Positions 37,296 to 47,426 of a stretch of DNA of 64,000 nucleotides are shown in pieces. The stretch is from contig JBEKBN010000002.1 of NCBI GenBank assembly GCA_050015375.1, forward strand, positions 8,339-72,338, in the 5' to 3' direction. Origin of the DNA: Minisyncoccia bacterium (GTDB lineage: Bacteria; Patescibacteriota; Minisyncoccia; 2-02-FULL-40-12; IGHO2-01-FULL-4-A). The position numbers and the translations under genes are program-made. The notes beneath the pieces are model-generated. The model did no database searches, was not told the DNA's origin, and saw nothing but the letters and a program-made list of their open reading frames with translations. Position 1 is the first letter of the stretch; each line of letters opens with the position of its first letter.

Positions 37296-39101
37296 TTACA
37301 AATTCAAAAGAGCGGCGGCTGGCTGGTATGATCTTTGTTCATTTGAATTGATGAGAAAAACTGAATTGAAATCGCCGCCTTCGGAGATAAAATCGGCGCC
37401 AGAAATATTCAGCCAATGAAGAGTCGCCGTGTCGCCGCTGGTCTGAACAAGCCGGTAAACTTTACCGTCTTTAGTTTCGCCGTTGGTGAAAAACCAGGAA
37501 GTGATGAACGCGTCGCGAACCGACGGCGCTACAACTTTCACCGCCGAAAAGCATCCCTGGCCCAAATGACCATACATCAAACAAATCGCCGGATTGAGAA
37601 TCAATCTTTTGTATCCGAAATCGTTGATGATATAAACATCAATATCGCCGACTGCCCGGATAAAATCCCCCTCGTGCAAACCAAAGTCAGAAGGTTTGAC
37701 AAAAGGCACGATCGGAGGAGCCGGGGTCATAGTTGGGATCGGGGTTGGAGTCGCAACCGGCATATTTAATTCCCGGTCAACTGTAAACGCGAAAGCGACG
37801 GCCGGCTCATCCGCGCTGAAACCGGAGATCTTGTCTTTTTTGAACGGCATCAAGACCACCCGCGTAATATCCGCGCCGATACCGGAAAGATATAAAATAT
37901 TAATCGCGTCGGTCGGCTCAAAAATCTTGTTCTCGATCGTGCCGTCAGTTTTGTAAACCAAATACGGGACCTGGAAGCTGGTCAGCGACGGTGACGAAAA
38001 AGAAATTTTCAAGATCGGGTTCTGGCCGGGCGCGAAATTGGAAATATCATACCAGCGGGCTTGCCAGTCCTTCAGTGAATCGCCGACTGCCAAGGTGACA
38101 TTGTCGCCCAGATTATTCAGGACCTTCGTTGACGAGACCCTGAAATTTTGAAGTTCCGGCCGTAGATAGCCGAATTTCAGATCAAGCGTTGAATTGTTCA
38201 AGAAATTGGCGATGGTCCAGTCGCGGAAAACATCAGCAAAATTTTCAGGAAATCCATTTTTTGCCAAAGCCGAATTGATGCTCGGGATACCGATCGCATC
38301 GCTCTTGAGTGAATCCGCCAAAATTGCGTTCGTCCAATGTTCGGATAAATATTCGCCGAAAAGAGCGATTTCGCCGTAGTCATAGGAAAGGTTTTTCCAC
38401 TCGGTTAAACTGTCGGAAGGATCGGAAAGAAAAGTTTGCAGCCGTTTCTCCAGATTTGAACCTGAATAAATATCATTGTAGCCGGTGAGGGTAATAGCGT
38501 ATTCGGAGCGGGTTTCATTAAGCCAGGTGTCGTCTTCAACCTGACGCAAAAGATCCTTTTGATTGAAGGCGATCAGATGCTGGAACTCATGAGCCAAAAA
38601 AGAATCCATTTTTAGCGAGTCCGAAAGCATGGTTGAATTGAGATAGAACATTTCCCTCTGGTTGGAGATCGGATTTATATCGGATTTGGGATAGCAATCG
38701 TTGGTATTGAAATATCCGCCGGCATTTTCGATCAAAGGTAAAAATAAGATCGTGATCTTGGAATCGTTGTCAATGCCCGGGTTTGGTTCTGAACCGAAGA
38801 TCTGGGTTTCAACGGGATAAATTTTATTATCGAACTGACCCAGCACGGCGATGATCTCGTTCAAAACTATTTTTTGGTCGGCAGAATTCAAACTATTCCA
38901 AAATCCATCATCAACATAGCCGTAAGCCCGATTTGAAACATATTTCAGTGTAGCACCGGTGTTGATTCTGGCTTGAGCGTCATAATTTTTATCGACAAAA
39001 AATGTCTGGTTTTGACCGGTAGCGTCGGCTTTGGCCGAACCGACAAGACCTAGACCGAAGATAGAAATAAAACCGATAACCGTTAAAAATCTTTTCAGCA
39101 T
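37296..39101 (-). CDS. Secreted zinc metallopeptidase (M30/M6-like)
   Basis: Signal peptide; GGYF; LAHEFQHLI (HExxH) followed by WLNE. Confidence 0.78.
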   Translation of the reverse strand: MLKRFLTVIGFISIFGLGLVGSAKADATGQNQTFFVDKNYDAQARINTGATLKYVSNRAYGYVDDGFWNSLNSADQKIVLNEIIAVLGQFDNKIYPVETQIFGSEPNPGIDNDSKITILFLPLIENAGGYFNTNDCYPKSDINPISNQREMFYLNSTMLSDSLKMDSFLAHEFQHLIAFNQKDLLRQVEDDTWLNETRSEYAITLTGYNDIYSGSNLEKRLQTFLSDPSDSLTEWKNLSYDYGEIALFGEYLSEHWTNAILADSLKSDAIGIPSINSALAKNGFPENFADVFRDWTIANFLNNSTLDLKFGYLRPELQNFRVSSTKVLNNLGDNVTLAVGDSLKDWQARWYDISNFAPGQNPILKISFSSPSLTSFQVPYLVYKTDGTIENKIFEPTDAINILYLSGIGADITRVVLMPFKKDKISGFSADEPAVAFAFTVDRELNMPVATPTPIPTMTPAPPIVPFVKPSDFGLHEGDFIRAVGDIDVYIINDFGYKRLILNPAICLMYGHLGQGCFSAVKVVAPSVRDAFITSWFFTNGETKDGKVYRLVQTSGDTATLHWLNISGADFISEGGDFNSVFLINSNEQRSYQPAAALLNL

Positions 39102-39182
39102 CTCTTTATTGTATATGAACAGCGCGAAATTGCAAAAAGTTGGACATATCCTCTTTTTTGTTGTATTATTATAGGAAATGAG

Positions 39183-39295
39183 TCCCGTTAGAAGTCACCC
39201 TAGCGGGTCCGCAAATTATACTTAATTATATAGTCAATCTGTCGCAGGTTGTATAACTTATGTGATTAACTGTGCAGCAGTGACTTCTAACGGGA
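39183..39295. mobile_element. 113-bp MITE with 16-bp terminal inverted repeats and a 4-bp TSD
   Basis: TCCCGTTAGAAGTCAC ... GTGACTTCTAACGGGA, flanked by TGAG on both sides (39179-39182 and 39296-39299). Confidence 0.8.
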
Positions 39296-40683
39296 TGAGA
39301 AGGCAAACACTTTTTTGGGGAGATGTCATAATCCTCTATCTATCGCTGTTTTTGGCGCTTTTTATCCGTTACGGAGCCGACCCGCGCTATGTCCTCCTGC
39401 TACGAGCCCACCTCGTTCCGTTTTCCATAATTTTTGCGGTTTGGCTTTTAGTTTTCTATATCGCCAACTTGTACGAGATCCGGTCAGCGAAAAATAATTA
39501 TGAGTTTTATTCGACCCTGACCTACTCTTTTTTGACCAACGCTCTTTTTTCGATCCTCTTCTTTTATTTCATCCATTTCTTCAATATCACGCCTAAAACC
39601 AATCTTTTTATTTTTCTGGTTGTCTCCGGAATTTTACTCGGCTCCTGGCGATATTATTTCAACCGTTTGTCGGCAAGAAATACTTTTAACAACAACGCTC
39701 TGTTTTTGGGTTTGAGCCCCCAGTCACAACAAATTTACGATCATCTTCTGGCCAATCCGCAGCTCGGCTACAATGCTCTGGGCATCATTGACACCGCCCA
39801 TTATTCAGCGCCAGAGATCTTGGAAAAAATTATCGCCGAGAAAGATGTCAAAACCCTGATCCTCGGACCCGAGGCCTATTTGGTGCCGCGAATCATAAAT
39901 ATATTATATAAATTCGTTGGCAAGGGAATGGTTTTTTACAACCTTTCATATTTTTATGAAATGGCTACCGGCAAGGTGCCTTTGGGAGCCATCGATCAGG
40001 CCTGGTTTCTTGCCAACCTTTCCGAAAACAGCAAGCGCGCCTATGAAGTCGGAAAAAGAGTTTTTGATATTATTTTCGCGGTTATCATCGGTTTAGTCTT
40101 CGTCGTGTTCCTTCCATTCATTATCTTGGCGATCAAACTTGATTCACCCGGTCCGATCTTCTACAAGCAAAAAAGGATCGGCCGTTCGGGAAAGATCTTC
40201 ACTTTGATAAAATTGCGGACGATGGACCACGATGTCGAGAAAAAAACCGGTCCGGTTTGGGCTTCAGCCAATGATTCGAGACGGACGCGGGTCGGCCGGT
40301 TCTTGCGAAGGACCAGGATCGACGAAGCGCCCCAGATCTGGAATATTATCAGGGGTGATATGTCGTTCGTCGGCCCGCGGCCAGAGCGCCCGGAATTTCA
40401 TAGCAAACTCCAAGAAGACGTTCCGTTCTATGAAGAGCGGTGCTTGATAAAACCGGGGCTGACCGGCTGGGCTCAAATAAATTACAAATTGGATTTCAAG
40501 GACGGCATGACCGTTCGGGATACTTTTGAGAAGGTCCAGCACGATCTTTATTATATAAAAAACCGGACGCTCCTTTTGGACGCCGGCATAATTCTCAAAA
40601 CCATAAACATCATCCTTCAAAAACTTTTCAGCAAGACCAAAAAATTCATCACCGACCAGCCGACATCACCACTGTCTTCCTAA
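39295..40683 (+). CDS. Polyprenyl-phosphate glycosylphosphotransferase (WcaJ/WbaP-like priming transferase)
   Basis: KRVFDI, DSPGPIFYKQKRIG, KLRTM, RTRIDEAPQ, GDMSFVGPRPERP, KPGLTGWAQ, DLYYIKN. Start MRRQ. Confidence 0.92.
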   Translation: MRRQTLFWGDVIILYLSLFLALFIRYGADPRYVLLLRAHLVPFSIIFAVWLLVFYIANLYEIRSAKNNYEFYSTLTYSFLTNALFSILFFYFIHFFNITPKTNLFIFLVVSGILLGSWRYYFNRLSARNTFNNNALFLGLSPQSQQIYDHLLANPQLGYNALGIIDTAHYSAPEILEKIIAEKDVKTLILGPEAYLVPRIINILYKFVGKGMVFYNLSYFYEMATGKVPLGAIDQAWFLANLSENSKRAYEVGKRVFDIIFAVIIGLVFVVFLPFIILAIKLDSPGPIFYKQKRIGRSGKIFTLIKLRTMDHDVEKKTGPVWASANDSRRTRVGRFLRRTRIDEAPQIWNIIRGDMSFVGPRPERPEFHSKLQEDVPFYEERCLIKPGLTGWAQINYKLDFKDGMTVRDTFEKVQHDLYYIKNRTLLLDAGIILKTINIILQKLFSKTKKFITDQPTSPLSS

Positions 40684-43026
40684 ACTCTGGACAAATTTTT
40701 GAGCTTCTGGCTGAAATGTCGCGTCCAATTGCGCCGCTATGTGAGCTTGCTCGACAGCCGCGTCGATCTGTCCCAGTTGCGCTAAGACCACGGCATAAGA
40801 AGCGTGATATTGAGGATTATTTGGCGCGACCTTGACCAGATTCATGTAAATATCGTCGAGGTTTTGATAATCTTTCAATTTCAAATAAACAGTGACGAGA
40901 TGAACTAGATTCGATTCATCGCTCTTGTAATCATAACCGCGTTGATAGGCCAGCCCGATATTTTTTAATCCATTAGTTGTATCACCGGAATCAATTTGAG
41001 TTATGCCCAGATACCACCAGGAAAGACCGACGGTCGGATTGAGATCTGCGGCTTGCTGGAAATAAACTATGGCATCCTTCTCGTCGCCTTTGTTGAGATA
41101 ACCCTGGGCGACCTCGAAATAAGTTCTGACGAATTTGGGCGCGATCTTGAGCGCGGCCAGCGAATTGTCCAAAGCCATGTCATTGTAGGGCGAAGTCGGA
41201 GTACCCGAGCCCAGCGTAATATATATACGGCTTAAATACAAATACGGCAGATAATCATCCGGAAACTGCTGGATGTTCTTTTTTTCATAATCGGCGGCCA
41301 CCAAAAAGGCCTGGGTAAAGGTGTCATCAAGTTTTTTTCCAGAAACATCCTGAAGCAAGTCCTGGGCGAATCGATTGCGTATTTCGTACTTGCCCAGAAC
41401 ATCATACTTCAGCGCGGCTTCATATTGAACGATGGCATCGCTAAACTGGCCGCTCCAGCCGAGCACAATCGCCCGGGTAGTCGTGTAATTGGCAATTGCC
41501 GGCAGAATATTAGTGTCATAGATCAAGACCCAGGTCGGCACAATGAGAATTATGCCGACAATATAGGCCAGCGTGCTCGAACCATTTTGTTTTATCAGTT
41601 GCTTTCGATTGTCATGCTGAACCGGCACCGTTTGGATTGGAGGCAGAGAAAAGAAATTGATCAAACCCAAAATTAAAAAGAAAACCAGATAATTGGCCGA
41701 CGTATCAAAAATGAAAGAATTGTGGATCATATAGGCGATCAGGGTGGTAATCAAACCGATTTTCAGAATATTCAATCCTTTCTGTTCTTTGGGGTCACCG
41801 GACTTGAATTTACCGGTGGCTTTGAAAGCGAAAAAGAAGATTAAAATGTATGTCATAAAACCGACGATGCCCATCGTGAAAAGAACCTCAAGGAATTGAT
41901 TATGGGCACGGTCGAAAAGCGTTTCTGAACCCGGGCCATTGTAAAATTTCGGATTGAAATGAATCGAAAACGGAATGTCAAAATTTTCCGGGCCATAACC
42001 GACAATCACCGAGCGAGCGGAGTCAACGAAACCTTCGAAGCCGGCGGTCCAAGCCCAAAATCGAGTTTGGACCGTTGTTGAATTGATGGAAAGATCCGAA
42101 TATCTGTCCAGATATGAATTATTTCTGACAAAGCTCGTATTTCTAGCGGCAAGTAAAATTCCTGTCCCCAAAATTATAAGTCCCAGAAATGCCAAGGAGT
42201 AATTCTTGACTTTTTTCAAACCCAGCTCTACCGACAACCATAACCCGAAAATAATTATACCGGCGACTAAGGCGATAACTGAACCTCTGACTCCGGCTAA
42301 AAAGACGGCGATCGAGTTTAAAACAAATACTAAATAATAAAATTTCCGCCAAGCCGGGGAAATTGTCACTCGAGACAGAGTCAGCGCCAAAAATCCGCAA
42401 ACGATCATATAGCCGGCAAATAGCGCCGAATTTCCGATGGTCCCGAATATTTTTACACGGCTTCCCGAACCGATTATCCAGGTCCAGGAGGTCTTTTGCA
42501 AAAATCCGTAAAATGCCGAGCCCAAGCTGGCAATCAAAAATAGGTTAACTAGATTTATCCACTCCTTTTTTTTCCTGAAAATCGCCGACAAGATTATGAA
42601 GAAAGCCCAGAAATGAAGCATGCTGAAAAAACCGCCCATTCTTTCAAGGGTGCCCCAGAAACTTTGAAAAAAACTGACGCTGGTGAAAGTGGTTAAGCCA
42701 TACGCGGCGGTGAAACCGGTGATGGCCCAGAATAATTTGGTCCGTGGCGGCAAATATGACCTGTCTTTGATGATAAGGACAATGTAGAGCAGGACCATTA
42801 TCTCCACTGCCGAACGAAAAATTACGACCTTTCCAAAATGGAACGGCGAAATGAAATCATTAAAAATTATCAGCGGCATGAAAGCCGATAAATAAACAAA
42901 ATACCGTAGTATTTTTGCCAGCATTGGCTCCGCTGTCGGAAGTATTTTTTTATTCTGGCTATTGTTCATAATATAAATCATACGAAATAAAACAAATAAA
43001 AGCAACTGCCATTTTTGATGTTCCAT
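40666..43026 (-). CDS. O-antigen ligase / oligosaccharyltransferase-like membrane protein with C-terminal TPRs
   Basis: Multiple TMs; GTIGNS, RGS, GYGPENF, FDRAHNQFLE motifs; TPR-like tail. True start probably 20-35 codons downstream. Confidence 0.85.
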   Translation of the reverse strand: MEHQKWQLLLFVLFRMIYIMNNSQNKKILPTAEPMLAKILRYFVYLSAFMPLIIFNDFISPFHFGKVVIFRSAVEIMVLLYIVLIIKDRSYLPPRTKLFWAITGFTAAYGLTTFTSVSFFQSFWGTLERMGGFFSMLHFWAFFIILSAIFRKKKEWINLVNLFLIASLGSAFYGFLQKTSWTWIIGSGSRVKIFGTIGNSALFAGYMIVCGFLALTLSRVTISPAWRKFYYLVFVLNSIAVFLAGVRGSVIALVAGIIIFGLWLSVELGLKKVKNYSLAFLGLIILGTGILLAARNTSFVRNNSYLDRYSDLSINSTTVQTRFWAWTAGFEGFVDSARSVIVGYGPENFDIPFSIHFNPKFYNGPGSETLFDRAHNQFLEVLFTMGIVGFMTYILIFFFAFKATGKFKSGDPKEQKGLNILKIGLITTLIAYMIHNSFIFDTSANYLVFFLILGLINFFSLPPIQTVPVQHDNRKQLIKQNGSSTLAYIVGIILIVPTWVLIYDTNILPAIANYTTTRAIVLGWSGQFSDAIVQYEAALKYDVLGKYEIRNRFAQDLLQDVSGKKLDDTFTQAFLVAADYEKKNIQQFPDDYLPYLYLSRIYITLGSGTPTSPYNDMALDNSLAALKIAPKFVRTYFEVAQGYLNKGDEKDAIVYFQQAADLNPTVGLSWWYLGITQIDSGDTTNGLKNIGLAYQRGYDYKSDESNLVHLVTVYLKLKDYQNLDDIYMNLVKVAPNNPQYHASYAVVLAQLGQIDAAVEQAHIAAQLDATFQPEAQKFVQSLGRQW

Positions 43027-43117
43027 TTATAGCTTGCCAAATCAAATATATTAGGGTAGTATCCGCATGGGACAGCATTAAAATCTCGAACATTAACAAT
43101 TCCTGTGAGAGGGTGAA

Positions 43118-44512
43118 ATGAAAATTTTGCTGATTGCCTACGACAACGAATCCCACATCTCCCTTTTCCCATTGGGGCTTGCGTATATCGCTTCAGCGTG
43201 CAGAAACGCGGGCCATAAAGTTACTATTTACAATCAGGATATCTATCATTGGCCTGAAACGCATCTGACTGATTACCTCGATGCCAACCACTTTGATGTG
43301 GTCGGTTTGGGCGTAATCGGAGGTTATTACCAGTATAGAAAATTGCTAGCAATATCTGAGGCAATCGGCAAAACCTCTAGAAAACCGTTTTTTGTGATAG
43401 GAGGCCATGGGCCATCGCCGGAACCGGAATTCTTTTTGCGTAAAACGAGAGCGGATGCGGTTGTCATCGGCGAGGGAGAGGTAACGATAACGGAATTGCT
43501 GGCAAGATTGGAAAATGGAAATGATTTATCCTCCATTAATGGTATCGCTTATTTTGACAAGGATTCTGGTAAATTTATTCAGACTCCGCGGCGTTCTCTT
43601 ATTATGGGCATGAACAGTATTCCCCTTCCAGCCTGGGATCTTTTCCCTATGGAGCATTATGCTCTGTACAGAATGCCAAATATACGCAATACCGAGAGGT
43701 TTATGGTTTTGCTGTCCGGCAGGGGTTGCGATTTCAAATGCAATTTTTGTTATCGGATGGACAAAGGCCTAAGGATCAGATCTTCTGAGAGCATCATTGA
43801 AGAAATAAAGATCCTTCAAAAAAAATATGGGGTATCGTATTTCTTATTCTTTGACGAATTGCTCATGAATTCCGTGGATCGGATAGTTGAGCTTTGCGAA
43901 AGCTTTCAGAAAGCAAAATTGAACATCAAATGGTGCTGTAATGGAAGACTCAATTACGCGAAACCGGAAATGTTGGGCTTAATGAAACAAACAGGATGCG
44001 TTTTTATCAATTACGGCATCGAATCTCTTGACGACGAGATGCTCAGGATAATGAAAAAAGTACTCACTGTTAAACAAATAATTGCCGGCGTTGAAGCAAC
44101 GATCGCGGCCGGAATAAGCCCAGGTTTGAACATCATATTCGGAAATATCGGGGAAACGGCGGAAATTCTTCAAAGGGGAGTCGAGTTCTTACTGAAATAT
44201 GACGACCACGCCCAGATGAGGACTATTCGGCCGGTCACTCCATATCCGGGTTCATATCTGTACTATTATGCCATTAAGAATGGGCTTCTGAAGGGTCCAG
44301 AAGATTTCTACGAGATCAAACACGTAAACTCAGACCTGCTTTCAGTAAATTTCACTCAAATGAGCGACGAAGTATTCCATCGGCTTTTACTAGATGCGAA
44401 TACTACTTTAATGAACAGGTATTTTTCAGGGCAACAGAGTAAATCCGCGGAAATTGCGAGGAAATTGTACATTGAAAAGGATCCAAAATTCAGAGGGTTC
44501 AGAACAGTTTAA
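43118..44512 (+). CDS. Cobalamin-binding radical SAM protein
   Basis: PLGLAYIA, GGHGPS, GEGE, RGCDFKCNFC (CxxxCxxC), YGIES, TPYPGS. Confidence 0.9.
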   Translation: MKILLIAYDNESHISLFPLGLAYIASACRNAGHKVTIYNQDIYHWPETHLTDYLDANHFDVVGLGVIGGYYQYRKLLAISEAIGKTSRKPFFVIGGHGPSPEPEFFLRKTRADAVVIGEGEVTITELLARLENGNDLSSINGIAYFDKDSGKFIQTPRRSLIMGMNSIPLPAWDLFPMEHYALYRMPNIRNTERFMVLLSGRGCDFKCNFCYRMDKGLRIRSSESIIEEIKILQKKYGVSYFLFFDELLMNSVDRIVELCESFQKAKLNIKWCCNGRLNYAKPEMLGLMKQTGCVFINYGIESLDDEMLRIMKKVLTVKQIIAGVEATIAAGISPGLNIIFGNIGETAEILQRGVEFLLKYDDHAQMRTIRPVTPYPGSYLYYYAIKNGLLKGPEDFYEIKHVNSDLLSVNFTQMSDEVFHRLLLDANTTLMNRYFSGQQSKSAEIARKLYIEKDPKFRGFRTV

Positions 44513-44537
44513 ATAAATCCGACTTAACGTCGGATTT

Positions 44538-45533
44538 TTAAATAATTTTGGAAATCTCTTTGGGTTTTTGATGTTTATCCGAGGAATATTTTTTATCTCC
44601 GGTGATATCTTTAAATCCCTTGTAATCGAAAACATCCTGTTTAAGATTGTTGATATTGGCCGATGGCACCAGAATGAACATTTCATCATTGGCAACAATT
44701 CTCTTAGCCGGGTCACTCCCTCCCAGAAGGTCTTCATGAATTTTTTCTCCGGCTCGGTTGCCTATCTCTTTTATTCTTATTTTTTTTCCGGGGAAATGTT
44801 TTGAAATGAAAAGGCCCGCCAAATCATCAATCCTAATCGAGGGCATTTTAAGAATAAAAATCTCTCCTCCTTTGGCCAATTCGGCCGCTTTTAGGGTCAA
44901 ACCGACGGCCTGCTTGGTCGACATCAGAAATCTGGTCATGTCCTTATTTGTCATGTTAATTTCCCCACTTTTTTCCGCTTGTTTTTTCCAAACTTGTAAA
45001 ACGGATCCGTCCGACCAGCTGACATTGCCAAACCTGACACAAGAAAATTTCGTTCCTTCCGGAGGAGTAAAATAGTTAGTATTGATGAACAATTTTTCCA
45101 TCATGAGCTTTGAAACGCCCATAACGCTGCAGGGGTCCGCCGCTTTATCCGTTGAAATTCCTATCACTTTATTTACGCTGTTGTTCAACGCCGAATCTAT
45201 CACATTCTGCGAGCCGATAATATTGGTCTTGACGGCTTCGTTCGGATTATATTCGCAAAAGGGCACATGCTTTAAAGCCGCGGCGTGAAAAACTATATTT
45301 ACGCCCTTCATGGCAAAAGAAAGCCGCTCGCGATCTCGCACGTCGCCGATCAGCGCTCGAACATTTTGGGGATGTCCCAGTTTTTCGAGAAGATAATATT
45401 GCCGACTTTCATTTCGGGAATAAACTCTAATTTGTTTCGGTTTAAATTTAAGGAGCTGAAGCGTTAATTCTCCTCCGATCGTGCCTGTTCCCCCGGTAAT
45501 TAAAATGGTTTTATTTTTAAATTGATTTACCAT
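44538..45533 (-). CDS. UDP-GlcNAc 4,6-dehydratase family (PseB/CapD-like)
   Basis: ITGGTGTIG, HAAALKHVP, ISTDKA, RFGNV, MTRF, GEKIHE. Confidence 0.9.
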   Translation of the reverse strand: MVNQFKNKTILITGGTGTIGGELTLQLLKFKPKQIRVYSRNESRQYYLLEKLGHPQNVRALIGDVRDRERLSFAMKGVNIVFHAAALKHVPFCEYNPNEAVKTNIIGSQNVIDSALNNSVNKVIGISTDKAADPCSVMGVSKLMMEKLFINTNYFTPPEGTKFSCVRFGNVSWSDGSVLQVWKKQAEKSGEINMTNKDMTRFLMSTKQAVGLTLKAAELAKGGEIFILKMPSIRIDDLAGLFISKHFPGKKIRIKEIGNRAGEKIHEDLLGGSDPAKRIVANDEMFILVPSANINNLKQDVFDYKGFKDITGDKKYSSDKHQKPKEISKII

Positions 45534-46647
45534 ATTTCATCAACACTTCCAAAACTTTATTAGCGATGTGTTTAATATCGGCCTCCTTTAATCCTATATA
45601 GAACGGCAAAGCAAGGGAAGAATCGCTGACCATTTCCGAAACCGGAAAGTCGCCTCTTTTATAGTTAAATTTATCTCTGTAAAAGCCAAACAAATGGATT
45701 GAGGGTAAATAGGGTTTTGTGGAAATACCTTGTTTATGTAGATCTTCAATAATTTCGTCTCTATTTATCTTTTGATCTTTTATTCTCACGGTATAAACAA
45801 ACCAGCTGTGAGTATTTTCTTTGCCGATCTGGGGAACAGCTATTATCCGATCGTGCTTCGCAAAATATTTATTGTATAATTGAGCAATAGTTCTTTTCTT
45901 TTTGATCATGAAATCCAGTTTCTCCAATTGGGCTAATCCAAGAGCCGCGCTCATTTCATCGAGACGATAATTATAGCCTAGCCGAGAATGATCTAGCCAC
46001 TGCATATTTTCCGAACGTCCTTGATTTCTTAAACTTACACAGAGAGTATAGATATTTTTATCATTCGTTACAATAATTCCGCCTTCGCCGGTAGTCATCT
46101 GTTTATTGGGATAAAAGGCGAAAATAGCCGATTCCCCGAATGTTCCGACATTTTTGTTTTTGAATTTGGCGCAAACCGATTCACAGGCATCTTCAATTAT
46201 CTGCAGTTTGTGTTTCCTGGCAATTTTTAGGATGGGGCTCATATCGGCCGATTGGCCGAAAATATGAACAACCAAAATTGCTTTGGTTTTTGGGGTGATC
46301 TTTTCTTCAATCTTGGAAGGATCGATATTGTATGTTACTGGTTCGATATCGACAAAAACCGGTTTAGCGCCAACGTATAAGACCGAATTTGCGGAAGCAA
46401 TAAAGGAAAAAGGTGAAGTAATTACCTCGTCACCCGGACCAATTCCAGTTGCAATCATCGCCAAATGCAAGCCCGCCGTACCGCTTGAAACTGCGCAGGC
46501 GTATTTTGTGCCAATTTTTTCGGCGAATTTTTTTTCAAATTCAATATACCTTGGCCCCAAACTTAAATTTCCTGAATTTAAAACTTCCATTACTAACTGT
46601 CTTTCTCTTTCTTTAATGTATGGCTTAGCGATTGGATATTTCTTCAT
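45517..46647 (-). CDS. DegT/DnrJ/EryC1/StrS aminotransferase
   Basis: SSGTAGLH, IEDACE, FYPNKQMTTGEGG, GYNYRL. Confidence 0.92.
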   Translation of the reverse strand: MKKYPIAKPYIKERERQLVMEVLNSGNLSLGPRYIEFEKKFAEKIGTKYACAVSSGTAGLHLAMIATGIGPGDEVITSPFSFIASANSVLYVGAKPVFVDIEPVTYNIDPSKIEEKITPKTKAILVVHIFGQSADMSPILKIARKHKLQIIEDACESVCAKFKNKNVGTFGESAIFAFYPNKQMTTGEGGIIVTNDKNIYTLCVSLRNQGRSENMQWLDHSRLGYNYRLDEMSAALGLAQLEKLDFMIKKKRTIAQLYNKYFAKHDRIIAVPQIGKENTHSWFVYTVRIKDQKINRDEIIEDLHKQGISTKPYLPSIHLFGFYRDKFNYKRGDFPVSEMVSDSSLALPFYIGLKEADIKHIANKVLEVLMKYGKSI

Positions 46648-47423
46648 TTTTTAAAAATTAAAATTTTAATATGGGCGAAGTTCCCATGTGGCGGGAGCGA
46701 AGCAAAAAAATCAGCGAAAGTACTATTGTAAATGATTTCTTTTGAGACCGCTTTTGCCAAGGCCGGATATAAAATTCTAGACCCAAAATAATGAGAACTC
46801 AAAAAATTATTCTCTTCAACAAACCTCATTCCTTGGCTGACAAGATATTTGCTGACCGAGATCTTGTCAAGAAGCAAGTTGTGATATGCCGGCGGTATGG
46901 CAGCTAGCCCAATCTCCTCTCGGGCTTTATTCAATGAATCTAAACCATCTTTGAAAGCTTCCAACAATATCAATCTACCTCCTTTTTTTAAAACTCCGGC
47001 TATGTTTTTTAACGCTTTTTTCTGGTCGTTCCAATTCAACAAGTTAATGATGCATCTTTCCGTAAAAACGCAGTCATATTTATTTTTATCTTGTAATTTT
47101 AAAATGTCTCGCTCTTGGAACTTAATTTTTCCTTTTATGTTTTTAGTGGATTGCTTTTGGGCTAAAGTAATGAGGTCGCGAGAAAAATCGATGCAAGTCA
47201 AATCTATTTTTTTGGTTTTTAAAATTTCTATTGACCCACTGCCATTACCACAACCGACCTCAAGACACTTTTCTTCATCCTTCAGATATGAGGAGATATT
47301 AACAATTTCTAATCTCCTTGTCATTAGGTCGGCCATGGTGCTCGTCGAAGCCAGGCCGTGTTCTTCGGCTTCCTTTTTATAATGTTCCTTTATTAAAATC
47401 GTGTAATTTTTTCTGTTTGACAT
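46644..47423 (-). CDS. Class I SAM-dependent methyltransferase
   Basis: LEVGCGNG motif I; LKKGG. Confidence 0.85.
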   Translation of the reverse strand: MSNRKNYTILIKEHYKKEAEEHGLASTSTMADLMTRRLEIVNISSYLKDEEKCLEVGCGNGSGSIEILKTKKIDLTCIDFSRDLITLAQKQSTKNIKGKIKFQERDILKLQDKNKYDCVFTERCIINLLNWNDQKKALKNIAGVLKKGGRLILLEAFKDGLDSLNKAREEIGLAAIPPAYHNLLLDKISVSKYLVSQGMRFVEENNFLSSHYFGSRILYPALAKAVSKEIIYNSTFADFFASLPPHGNFAHIKILIFKK

Positions 47424-47426
47424 TTT

